From the NCBI RefSeq assembly GCF_009914755.1, contig NC_060947.1: a DNA stretch of 64,000 nt. One strand, given 5' to 3'. Below, one piece after another: positions 15,040-27,345 of the stretch. The stretch is from the human T2T-CHM13v2.0 reference genome, Homo sapiens. Under the pieces are notes generated by a model, which saw only the letters and a list, made by a program, of their open reading frames with translations, was not told where the DNA came from and did no database searches. Each line of letters opens with the position of its first letter. The stretch's first letter is position 1. Position numbers and translations under genes: made by a program.

Positions 15040-15400
15040 AATTCAACAAGGACACTTATAGAGCTCTAATTATGGTCCAGGCACTATAATTTTAAAAATG
15101 AACAGAATTAAAATCCTGCTTTCCAGGAGATGAAAGACATGATACTGACATGAAGAATAGTAATATTTACAAATAATATATATGATTAGGAGACTTGCAA
15201 ACAATAACTACTATAAAAATACAAATGTGGAAAGAAATGTGTGCCTGAATATTTGCAAGGAAAGTCTTCAACGCAGATAGGATATATGAATTGGGATTTT
15301 TGGTGGATTAGAAAAATTTGGATTGTTGCAAGATAGATTTTTGAAGGACAATGACATGTCAGATGTTAATGAGGCAATTGGTAGTGGGTGTTGTCATTGA
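15040..15400 (-). mobile_element. L2 fragment (antisense)
   Basis: attcaacaaggacacttatagagctctaattatggtccaggcacta resembles the L2 3' end. Confidence 0.5.
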
Positions 15401-15965
15401 GGAAGAGGGCAATTGGTGATTTAGGCACATGCATCAATTTTATTTGTCACATTTGACAACAATTTTGCTATTAACCGTTTTTTGTTTTCTTTGGAAACCT
15501 GTTTGAAATAGTTATTATCCTGTTTTAGCAATAAGCTGTTTCTTAGAATTCTGTCTAGCACATGGGAAACACTCAATAAATGTTGCTAAAGATGACTCTA
15601 AATTTCAGAAGATGGAAGGCCTTCAACTTATAAAAACAAATGCCAGTGTGCATATATATATGTATATATTTGTATTTGTTGTTCGTCATTTTTTCCTGTT
15701 TTTCTTCTAAAATAATTTAAAATCTTTTGTTAAGCTCCAAAATTGTTGGTCTTTATAAATTGAGTATACGTTCATTTTTTTTCTCTTTGGTAGATGAACC
15801 ATTATATCACGTCTACTTAAGTAAAAAAAGATATGATTCTCTCATATATCTTGTAAAAAGATTTAAAGTAAAGGAGTATAAGGAAAGAAAGGCAAAATAA
15901 AGATGGAAGGAAGGGCAAAGTTTGATTTGCATAAAGATATTATTTATTTATTTTCTATCTACTTT

Positions 15966-16282
<317 letters not shown>

Positions 16283-16384
16283 TAAACATAATAAAATCTA
16301 CTTACCTTGTACCATCTAATATTAAGTGAAAAGGGAAAATATTGTCTTTGTGTTAAGCATGCTCTGTCTCTTGGATTGTAAGAG

Positions 16385-16905
16385 GTTCTAGGGATTTGGA
16401 GGCTGATAAAAGAGAAAGGTATGTCCATGAGATGGCAGTAGAACACAGAAGCTATACAGGGTGATAGGTCTGCATTCAGAGAACGTCCTTCACAGCACAA
16501 GACTGTCCAGAAGCTACTGGCACAGGTTAATACTCATAAGGTGAGGAAGACATGGGAACTCCCTCAGGAAAGGGAGTTTGGAGAGGGGGCTTACATGTGT
16601 AGGTGATATCACTCAGCAGTGCTGAGTCTCTTGGTCAAAGAGCTCTAGAAGGCAGCAATGGCTTGGGATCGTTTAACCTCAAGATTTACCTAAGCTGTGT
16701 CTAGCAGATGTTGGCTGAGGTTTCATGAGGTATGCAAAGCGGGTAGGCTCAAAATGGCTAAAAATCTGCTTCTTTGGGTTATTGTTAAAATAAATGGAAT
16801 GTATAAATATTTGGGTTTGGTTCCAGGGGCCTTTTGAGCTAGCAGGTCTCAGCCTGCAGTGAAGAAATAAATGATACACAGAGTCCATCTTTGGTTCATT
16901 TATAT
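16385..16905 (-). mobile_element. Old ERVL-class solo LTR (family uncertain)
   Basis: Recalled resemblance of aatggctaaaaatctgctt...ggtctcagcctgcagtgaagaa...ccatctttggttcatttatata. Confidence 0.45.
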
Positions 16906-18574
16906 AGGTTAGATATTCTGCCTTGCATTGGAGGAGCCATGCTACAGGAGAGGCTGGCTACAGAAACCATCTAGTACCCCAAATCTCAAAGGCCTTGTTC
17001 ATCCGGTAAAGTTACATTAAACCAGCTTGAATTTTTTCAAGTTGATCATATTTTATAAACTAGTTCACTTTACTGTATGAGATGAGAAAGATTATGATAT
17101 GCTTATGATGGCCAATTCATGTTGTAACTTGGAAGTAATTATTTTAGTTGTAAATGTCGTTATAGCTATATAGTTATATATGTGCACATATTTATACATA
17201 CACAAGTGTTTTAAAGAAAGAGGAAGGGACAGATAGAGGGAATATTATCTTTAAATAGTATAAATGGTCTTACTATCAAGATTTTGCTTTGAGACGGAAC
17301 ATGTAATAGATATTTTAAAAGGATAAAAATAAAAGATCAGGTGACATTAGAAATAGATATCACCAAACATGTAATTTGTCCAGAATAAGGAAGGACTAAG
17401 TTAGCTTATTTAAATTAGAACTATGGATATGGGGTTGGAACATAGAGTTAAAAGATCTCAAGAGAGAAGGATATGCTTCATCAAATATTGACCCTAAGCT
17501 AAGACTATACAGAATTTGCATCATACCAGAAGAAGCACAGTGTAACGAGCACAGTCATTCCTCAGTGGGTTGTATGTAAGGACCAGTCAAGACAAGAAGA
17601 GAAGTAGACAGTGAAAACTGCACAAAAGTTAAAGTAATGTAACAAAAATCAATCGAAAATACCATGAATGAATATATAAAATGTTTCTTCTCTCTATAGA
17701 ATTCAGTGAATTTAGTAAGGCTTTAAATTGCCATTCAAAATAAGCCAGTATATAAAAGCTTAGGTGATGATGGTTACAATAACTGCCTTCAGTGGATCAA
17801 ATGGGCTCTTAGTGGACAAGGAATAGTTAATTCTACTTTCAAAATGAGTCACTTGTTAGTAGATTGTACTTTATATCCACTGAGATAATCTCACTCTAAT
17901 TCTATTAGGTTTGAAGAATTCTAACTTATTCAGAATAATAATGTGAGGGGAAATTAACTCTGACACCTTTCAAGCTTAATTTTTTAAAGTAATTTTTGTA
18001 GTGATATTTTAGTGAGGAATAGTTTGTAAAGCATTCCTTTTTGAAGATAAGATATGGAAGAGCCTCTGAGGAAGATAAATAGTTAAAATATCCACTCATT
18101 CTGTGTGGTTGCCTGTAGTCAAATATAAATGAGTTCACTTCTGAAGTGATTGAGTTTCTTGTAGGTAAAATGTCCTTAAACAACATTGCCGGTGCTCTCC
18201 TGCTTATAGACAAAACTCAGCATCAACTATTTTATTTCAGTGGAATCCAATTTCATTTTAATTGAAATATATTATGTAAAAAGTTAATAATCCATTGAAG
18301 TTGCAATTTGCTAAATGGTACCCTGGTGGCTTAAATTGTCAACATAGCTTCTCAAAATATCGAATATACCACAAGGGAGTAATTTTTCCCTTGATGAAAC
18401 CAATTCAGTATGTGGGTAACATTCTAGATATTGTTTGCCTATGAAGTCTAATCAGTTTCTTATAAAAGTTCTTTTAGTGAAAAAACAAATCAAAATCCAA
18501 GACTTGTAAGTAAAAGAGACATTTCTACCAATTCTTCAAATAGAAAACAAATATGCATTAAATTTCATTAACTA

Positions 18575-18632
18575 ACACACACACAGACTAACACACACAC
18601 ACAGACACACACACACACACACGCACACACAC
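18575..18632. repeat. Interrupted (CA)n microsatellite
   Basis: Seen directly. Confidence 0.9.
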
Positions 18633-19227
18633 AAACTATTTGATCTTTGTCCCCACCTCCTGGTACAGAAATCCTAAACCCCTTGGAATTTTTGTGTGAT
18701 AAAGGTAATAGGAATGTATTTTCTTTTAATGAGGTAGGACCCTAGATAGGTAGGACCATGGTAGGACCCTAGATAGCTGAAGGATAGGGTCGGTTGCTAG
18801 AAAGACCAACCCTTGGTTAAAAAGAAGCTTGTACTTACAGCCTCACCTTACTCACCTCTGGGGAAAAGAGTGGGGCGGAAGGTTGAGTTAATCACCAATG
18901 GCTATAATCATGCCTATGTAACGAAACCTCTGTAAAAGCCCCTAAATGACAGGCTTTGGGGAACTTCCAAATTGGTGAACACATTCACATGCCAGGAAGG
19001 TAGCATACTCCAATTCCATGGGGACAGAGGCTCCTATGCTTGAGACCCTTCTGCACCTCATTCTACGGACCTCTTAATTTGACCGTTCACTTCTATCCTT
19101 TATAATAAACTGTAATTGTAAATATAATATTTTCCTGAGTTCTGTGAATTATTCCAGCAATTTATCAAACTTGAGGAGGGGGGTTGTGGGAACCCCTGAC
19201 TTCATAGCCAATTAGGACCAAAAAAGG

Positions 19228-19236
19228 TGGGATATT

Positions 19237-19284
<48 letters not shown>

Positions 19285-20258
19285 ATGTTTTTGTCCACAG
19301 TTTCTGGCTCAAAACTCCCATAGGCCCTTTTACAGTCTTTTGTTATGATATCGAGGTGCTTTAGGCCTTAGGAGCAAGCCTCAAGAAATAGAATCTTTTA
19401 CTTTCCCCTGTTTTCCTTTTACCTGCTCAAGATAAGACTCTAATCTGATTGTGGGTCAAGAGATCCTCATTACAGAGAGGGTCCTACTCTATAACCTGGA
19501 GGAAGGAATGCTTCACAGAGAGGCCAAGAAGAATCTGAAAAGACAGGCCTTGCTGAGTTTTCCCACTCAGTCTATTAGGATGAGACCATACTATTTTTGT
19601 CCAATCATATTTCTACATTGTTGCCTATCATGCCTATGTAATGAAATCTCCATTAAAACTCAGAAGAACTGGGTTCCTGGAGCTTCCAGAGAGCTAAACA
19701 TGTGTAGGCTCCTGGAGGGTGGTGTAACCAGGGAGGGCATGAAAACTCTGGGTTCAGGGAGCTTCCAGATAGCTCAACATGTGGAGGCTGCTGGAGGGTT
19801 GTGCACCCAGGGAGGGCGTGAAAGCTCTGTGCCTTTTCCCTTACACCTCTCCCTATGCATCTTTTTATCTGCACCCTTTGCAATGTTATTATAAGACAGT
19901 GAATGTAAGTAAGTGTTTCCCTGAGTTCTGTGAGCCACTCCAGCAAATTAATCACACCCAAAGAGGGAATAGTAGGAACCCCAGCCTCAAGGCCAGACAG
20001 AATTTCTGAAGGCCCAGACTTGTGACTGTTAACTGAAGTTAGGAGAAGTCTTGGGAACTGAGTCCTCAATCTGTGCGATCTGACACTCTGTCTGGGTAGA
20101 TAGTATTAGAATTGAATTGGTTTATACCCAGCTGGTGCCTGAAGCTTGTGGGGGTGGAAAATTCCCCACACATTTGGTCACAAAAGTTTTCTTCTCTGTT
20201 GATAACTGTTGTGGCCTAAGAGCAGAGGAAAAATGATTTCAGTTGTTTTTCCCAAACA
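19228..20258 (+). mobile_element. MER21A-like LTR nested in the MER21C-like LTR
   Basis: TG...CA ends; gtccacagtttctggctcaaaactcccatag...cagtcttttgttat; shares homologous blocks with the host LTR. Confidence 0.7.
19239..19283. repeat. (TG)n microsatellite
   Basis: Seen directly. Confidence 0.95.
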
Positions 20259-20644
20259 AGTGGGTAAACAAGGAACCTGATACTTCTGACTGGCACTGAA
20301 ATGACGGCAGTCTTATGTGACTTAGCCCGTATCCTATGAAGTCTGACACTAACTCTGGACAGTTAGCCTCAGATTTAAATTGAGTTGAGGACACCTAGTT
20401 GGTGTCAGAGAATTGAAGAAGTAATGTTGAAAAAATAAAAATCACATACTTTGTTTCTGGAAGGAAAAAATATCTCCCATGCTCTCTCTATATATGTATT
20501 AAAGTATTTTAAAGCATTTAGACCTGAGATTTAAGACCTAAAAGTTAAGATTTAAAATTTAATGGTCCTAAAACTTGCACTAAAATGATAAAATTGTTCT
20601 GTAGTCAAATGTAATTAATTTAGATTCCCTGTCTTAGGATGACG

Positions 20645-21120
20645 TAGAATCAGAATATTAACATTGGAAACATCTTAGAAAGGCATAGGGAATAGGCCAG
20701 GCGCGGTGGCTCATGCCTGTAATACCAGCACTTTGGGAGGCTGAGGCTGGCGGATCACAAGGTCAGGAGTTCGAGACTAGCCTGGCCAACATGGTGAAAC
20801 CCTGTCTCTACTAAAAATACAAAAATTAGCCAGTCGTGGTGGCATGCGCCTGTAGTCCTGGCTACTCAGGAGGCTGAGAGAGAAGAATCACTTGAACCCA
20901 GGAGGCGGAGGTTGCAGTGAACCAAGACCACGCCATTGCACTCCAGCCTGGGCGACAGAGAGAGACTCCCTCTCAAAAAAAAAAAAAAAAAAAAGGCATA
21001 GGAAATAACCTGACTGTGTCACAGATGCAGGTGCTTAAATAAAAAAGATTAAATTACTTGTTTGAATTAATATAGCTAGAATACTTGGAACTGGAACTAG
21101 AGCTCAAAACTCCCACTCTA
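20645..21120 (-). mobile_element. MIR-family SINE remnant split by Alu
   Basis: agaatcagaatatt...catcttagaa; acagatgcagg...ttaaattacttg...ctggaactagagctc. Confidence 0.45.
20695..20992 (+). mobile_element. AluSg-like
   Basis: gcggatcacaaggtcaggagttcgag; TSD aaaggcatagg(g/a)aata flanking. Confidence 0.93.
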
Positions 21121-21924
21121 TAGTTATTTGTCATCATTCTATGTTAGTCTTCATTGATATGTATAATATATTTTAAGACAGCACATATTTCACATATTTC
21201 ATAACTTAATAACCACTTGAAAACAAATACAGTATCCAAATAAATTTCCAAAATTAGACAAAAATTCTTTCAGTCAAGATGACAGACCAAATATACAGCC
21301 TTTTCTGTTCTTCCTCCTAGGACACCATTAAATGGCAGCAAATAAATAGAAAAAATACAAATACACAGCAGAAATAATGGAAGAACAGGGATTTCTATGA
21401 ATTTTCTGCAAGACAGGATTTCATGGGCTCATGAAGCAATGGAGGAGCACAAAACTAGAATATACATGGAGGGCAATGTAGCCAAAGAGAAATTTGATCT
21501 TCCAATCAAAATCGGTAAAAAAATTACTCAAAAAATGAAAGTCTTAACCTATACAAGATAAAGTACTAACATTTGAAATGCCAGAAATATTAATTAGAAA
21601 AATGATAAAAATTGCAATATTCTTTTCCTGCTTACTGCTTCTCCCATGGACTATAGAAAAATAAGTTAGGCAGATGTGCCAACGCAAAAACTCTTCAGTG
21701 GCAAAAATATTTAATTAAAGGTGACACAAGGCATTGACTACCTCAGAAAAAGTGTGATTATACTCTCAGTGTATTCAATTCACTGCAATAAGACATAGAA
21801 TAAACACAGAAAGAAGAATACCGAAGAATAATACCACTGAATTCTTTGCATTGAGATAATAATTTTTTTGTAATGGAGTAGAATACCACTGCCTCATTAA
21901 GATAATTTTTGTCATTAGGTGATT

Positions 21925-22442
21925 CTGTGAAGGTTTACTTACTCATCACTTAATTTTTCATTCACACCTAAAACCAACATTATTTCTTATCCCTGTATTA
22001 AACAATACTGGGACCAGGAATACTTTCTTTCTCTATCATAAATACTATACTGATACTAAGGAAAAGTATGTTAGCTCTCACACCAAGAACTGTCTGTCCC
22101 TCAATGATAAAAACAATTAACCAAATAAAAAGAGTTTCTATCAAGACTAACAGCTTGCTTATCAATATTTACTTCAAGCCCCTGCCTCACTGTGCCTACC
22201 AATAGAAAGCTATTATGTCAAAAACTCTGTCCACTCTCAACCAGTTCCCCACGTTGCAAGATTCACCTTAAAATCATCCGTTTCAGGCCTCTAAAAGCTA
22301 CAAACATCCTTTCTTTATTTCACCGTTTTGAGACATTGCTAAGCCTCTGTTAAGGTGTTCTTTTTTACCACAGTAAATTTAATGAACTTAGATTTGCTTA
22401 ATGAACAGGGATTTCTGGTGGTCTTCACAGAATGCTCAACCA
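21925..22442 (+). mobile_element. Old ERV1-class solo LTR (MER67/MER90-like, uncertain)
   Basis: cctcactgtgcctaccaat..aagctattatgtca...ttttgagaca...ctggtggtctt LTR-like layout. Confidence 0.5.
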
Positions 22443-22655
22443 AAGTATCCTGACATCAGTAACTACATAAACATTTGTTATTGCCTTGGTATATGCCAGG
22501 GATACCACTGCAATTTGAAAGAAATGATACTAAATAAGAGCCTTTACCCCAGCTTGAGGCACATCCTAGAATGAATCATTTTCAGGCATGAGGATCTTAA
22601 TAGCAAAGTGTTATTCTGCTTTTCTTTTATGCTGGACCTGCCCTCACTTACGGGT

Positions 22656-23042
22656 TGATACAGTTTGGATCTGTGTCCCCACCCAAATCTCATCTCAAAT
22701 TGTAATCCCCAGGATTTGAGGGAGGGACCTGGTGGGAGGTGACTGGATTATGTGGGGGGACTTCCCCCTTGCAGTTCTCATGATAGTGAGGGAGTTCTCA
22801 CAAGATTTGGTTGTTTAAAAGTGTGTGGCACTTCCCCCTTCATTCTCTTTCTCTCCTGCTCCACCATGGTAAGACAGGCTTGCTTCCCCTTCACCTTCTG
22901 CCATGATCATAAGTTTCCTGAAGCCTCCCAGTCATGCTTCCTGTTAAGCCTGTGGAACTGTGAGTCATTTAAACCTCATTTTTTTCATAAATTACTCAGT
23001 CTCAGGTAGTTCTTTCTAGCAGTGTGAGAATGGACTAATCCA
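22656..23042 (+). mobile_element. MSTA-like MaLR LTR
   Basis: tgatacagtttggatctgtgtccccacccaaatctcat ... gcagtgtgagaatggactaatcca. Confidence 0.9.
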
Positions 23043-26000
23043 GAGGTATAATTTAAAACTTGGAAATAATTGACCAGATTCAGAGGAACTTTGGAAAACT
23101 GGCTCATCTTGACTCATCAGTTTGTATCCACTCTCTATTTCATTTTCTCCTAATCAGAACATTATGGTACTAATCCAGAAAATTAGACCATATAATTTAA
23201 AACATTTTTGTAGTCATGGACATATATTTTTGTTGATTCATTCAGTTCAGCCTGGTATACAATGCTGAGATGATTGGTTAAATTTGGCACATAGCTTAAG
23301 GCCATATAATAGAATATACTCCATTGATCCGTAGCAGATAATTCAATCTCATTACTATTAATTTTTTGCCAACTGGCAAAATCTCCCCAGGGTAAGGTCA
23401 TATTTCTGGCTTGTCTGAGTTCATGAATTTTCATAGTATTTCCAGAAATAGTCTAGCCTCCTAGGAAAACTGCAAAATAGAGCTTGGATGATTGGAGTAA
23501 TAATAGAAAAGACACCCTTCTCCCCTATGCCAATGCCAATTTGCCCAAAACTAAAATGGATAACGAGACATCAATTTTAGGCTTGAAATTATTCCTGTGT
23601 CTTATCCTAATTAATTATAAGGGGACTAAATAGTTGCTTGAAAAGTACAAGTAAATGTTGCTCAAGTTGGTGTGATAGTTATTTAAAGAAATTAATGCTA
23701 GCCTTAAAGCATTGAAAGTCCTTGAGACAAAAACAATTTTTACCTCCCTCATTGCCACAATAAGAAAAATATCTGGCTAAAGAATGAGATATGAGTTGGG
23801 ATAGGAAGGGAGGTTACTTGAAAAAAATCTGAAAAAAAATCCATGTCATTTTCTGCTGGAGAATGGTATTCCACTGGGGGAGTTAAATGTTTAATTAAAT
23901 TACAAACTTGAAGTGTCTTACATTTGTTAACTGCATTTATTCATATTCATTAATTACTATCTCAGTCTATTTTGTTACTACTGTAAACTAAATTTTCTGA
24001 TCTACTTAGTGAGAAAACGAATTTAACTAAGTTGCCTTAAGGCATCACAGGTCTAGTTTAGGATAAAGCCATTTCTGAAAATAAGTTATTCTAAATCCAA
24101 ATCCAGTGTTCCTTATTCATGTCAAGAAGTGGGAAACCATTTTCTGAGTTAGGCATGGAAAAATAACATAGTGTTATATAAGGATCTAGAAGTGAAATTG
24201 GAGTGAGTTGGGGACAAACAAAGCAAAAAAGCTATTATTTACTAAGATATGTTCTACTATCTTCCTACAGAAGATTAGTGCAATGTTCATCTTCTGCAAG
24301 AGCTTTATTAATATCATCTAATTTAATCTTCATTGAAAATTTTTAATGTATACATCATCATTTCTACCTTGGCTACAGTCATGGTTCTTTATGCTCATCC
24401 TGCTCCTCTTCCTGGTACTGCCCTGTTCCTGGGAAAAGCAAGAAGGTCATTAGAAGTAGCCTGAATCTTGAAAATGATGAAGAAGCAGTGGAAGGCTCAA
24501 AAGTTGAAAATTATAATGATAATTGAACACAGGTGAAAGTAGGTTAACAAAAAATTGGGGATACCAAAGTGAAGAATATATATTTGACAAACAAAAACTC
24601 TCCACATATACAATAAGGACCAACATGATTGTTATCAAAGAAGATTTCAACAGATAATATCTTGTCAATCAAGGGTACAGAAATCTTTGTTGTTGAATTC
24701 CAAGATGCTTTATTCCATTATCTTTAAAATTCCAATCTTCATGTCAATAATTTTATGTCTGTTCCTTCAAACACAGTATCTCTACCCTATGATAGGCCAA
24801 TTTTGGATGTCTTATTATTATTGTAGATCTTAGAGGCAGGCACACATTTGGTCTAAATATAAATATTTTACATGCCCACACATAAAATCTAAAATACAAA
24901 TACTTGAATGCTCCCACACACTAGGATTATGTTTTCATCAAAACATTACAATTATTGGAAGAGAGGGTGAGCTAGAAGGAGACACTATCTTCACATATAT
25001 TTTTCCTGCAGGTCTTGATCGGCTATTTGTTACTAGACTTCTACTAGACATAATCTACTCCTGGAATCTAGGAAGCAAAAGAGGTTGGCAGAGAAAAAAG
25101 AAAGCTGTGTTTCAAGTCAGAATGACTATGAGTTGAACACATCAAGAAATGGTCAATCCGATCAATAAACTTGAACTAGATTATCTCAAAAACAGGCACA
25201 GGACATATCAGTGGAAGCTAGTTAGTAAAATGTTTCTCTGTGCAATTAATTTAGTCTCATCTATACTGTCTTAATGGTTATCAGCCTGTGCAGAGAAAAT
25301 ATGTTTCCCAGCTAACAGTAGGTCTTGTGTGTAGATTAAGCAATCAGATTCTATGGTAATAATCTTGCTAAAATTGCACTACATTTACAAATTTAAAAAT
25401 TGGGTTTCCAAAACAGGAAATCTGTGTGGGCTTGTGAGAGAGAGAGAGAAAAAAAGAGAGGAGGGAAGAGAAGAACTGAAGGAAGGAAGAGAAATATTTG
25501 GAATAGAAGATAGGCTTTAAAAGTTTATAAAATTTGCCTACTTTTTTCAGTTAGTCAGTGGTAGGATAGAAATCTTAATTCAGGTCTGATGCCAAAGTCT
25601 CTAATTCATGCTGCTTCCACAATTTATATCACTGACATAATTCCCACAATAGATTATTCCTACTATTTCTCTCTTTCTCTGAAGTTATAATCTTCTTTAG
25701 GGTTCAATAATTATATGTATTATATAAGATCATTATTATAATCAAATATTTATTTACATGTTAGACAAGAAGGCTTCAATTGTTTTATATGAGCTCCATA
25801 TCCTCAAAGTTGGAATTTTTTAACAAATTTTCTAAATTCTTACACTTCTGAATTATTTTTGTTATTCAGATTATTTGGTATTAATAGGACATCTTCCGTA
25901 AGGCTTCCAATTATTCATAACACAGACGAAATCATTGATAATCTACTAAATGCTTATTGAAATCCAATTAGTAACTTAAATAATGCTTCACCAGCTTGCA

Positions 26001-26996
26001 AAGATGAATGGTGGCATCTATTATGAGGACATTAAAATGTGTTTTACATTCTAATTATCATCAGTAAAGTAAGGAATAAGCATTTTTATTAATCTTGTGG
26101 AAATAGCATGAATTTTAATATCAATGAAATATAAATATTAATATCTGCACTCTGTTCGTGGTGTTTATTAAATGTCCCCCAAAACCGAAGTTCTGCATGT
26201 TTAATTTCATTGGTAATTCCCTGCCAGGTTTTAGATGTAGCACATTCTTCAAAAAGTGATCATTTCTACTTAGACATTATTTATAGTCATTTAATCACTT
26301 ATCCATTAATTCAACAAATACTTATTACACTTCTTTGGGCCAAAATTTCTTCTTGGTACCGAGTTTATAGTCATGAACAAAATAGAAGAGGATGGTGCCC
26401 TTTTAGCACTGAACGAAGCTATAAACAAATAAATAAATATTATTATTTTTCAGGAAATGGTATAGAGAAAAATCAACCATTGCAGGGGAATCTGGATAGT
26501 ATTCAATATCTTTAACAACTGATTGGCAAATTATATTCAATAAATGACCACCAGACTTAGCTTTGAAGCAGCATCTTACAGATGCCCTTCTAGGCAGATT
26601 TTTGGGTCCTTGGGAGTAAAGTTGAGGGGTCTGGGCAGCAGAGGTTCATTTAGGGCACTTGGGAGGCTCTTTTCTGACCCTTATGGGAATACAATAAAAT
26701 CCCACCACAGCATGCTATGTGATATTCAAAATTTTAATCACATAAAGTATGGTGTTATGATATTGTGAGTTTAACAACAACAACAAAAATGAATATGTTT
26801 TTCAAACAGCCTGAACTGCTAAATGCAAAAGAAAAGAGAGTAAAACTTATATTTTACTTAAGTGACTATATACTAAACCTAGGAATTCTGAAAGAATCAG
26901 GTGTCCATCACTTTGTAACCCTCCTATTTTCCCCATTCTCCATATAAAATTTTTTCCCAGTTGCATTTAAGAACAGGTTATGAACAGAAAACAGGG

Positions 26997-27345
26997 TACT
27001 ATGGTTTGAATGGTCTCCCCAAAATTCAGATGTTGCCAATGTGATAACATTTTTTATAGTATTAAGAGGTGAGGCCCTTGCAAGGTGATTGGGCCATTAG
27101 GGCTTTTTTCTCATTAATGAAATTAAAGCTCTTAAAAAGTGGCTTTATGCAGTGTTCAGATAGCATGTTCTCTTGTTTTTCTGCCATGTAATGGTGCAGC
27201 AAGAAGGCCCCCACCACACACCAAATGCCAGTGCCTTGATCTTGGACTTCCCAGCCTCCAGAACTGTGAGTAAATAAATTTTTGTCCTTTATAAATTACC
27301 CAATCTCAAGTATTCTGTTATAGTAGCATAAAACAGGCTAAGACC
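26997..27345 (+). mobile_element. MSTC-like MaLR LTR
   Basis: tatggtttgaatg...ttgccaatgtgata...ggacttcccagcctccagaactgtgag...ggctaagac; TSD caggg/caggt. Confidence 0.85.

Larger units (their letters stand above)
18635..20465 (+). mobile_element. MER21C-like LTR, split by a nested LTR
   Basis: tctttgtccccacctcctggtacagaaatcctaaaccccttggaattt; the sequence resumes at ~20259 with gtgggtaaac...ggacacctagttggtgtcagagaattg. Confidence 0.75.

Noticed and set aside
19451-20069. Overlapping 147-aa and 138-aa ORFs
   Set aside because: They lie wholly within an LTR and span a tandem duplication; no protein-like features
21828-21920. Imperfect ~50-bp tandem similarity (ataccactg...gataat)
   Set aside because: Short, AT-rich and degenerate; no functional implication
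24267-24285. Weak resemblance to U6 snRNA (acagaagattag)
   Set aside because: The match is too short and the flanks do not extend it
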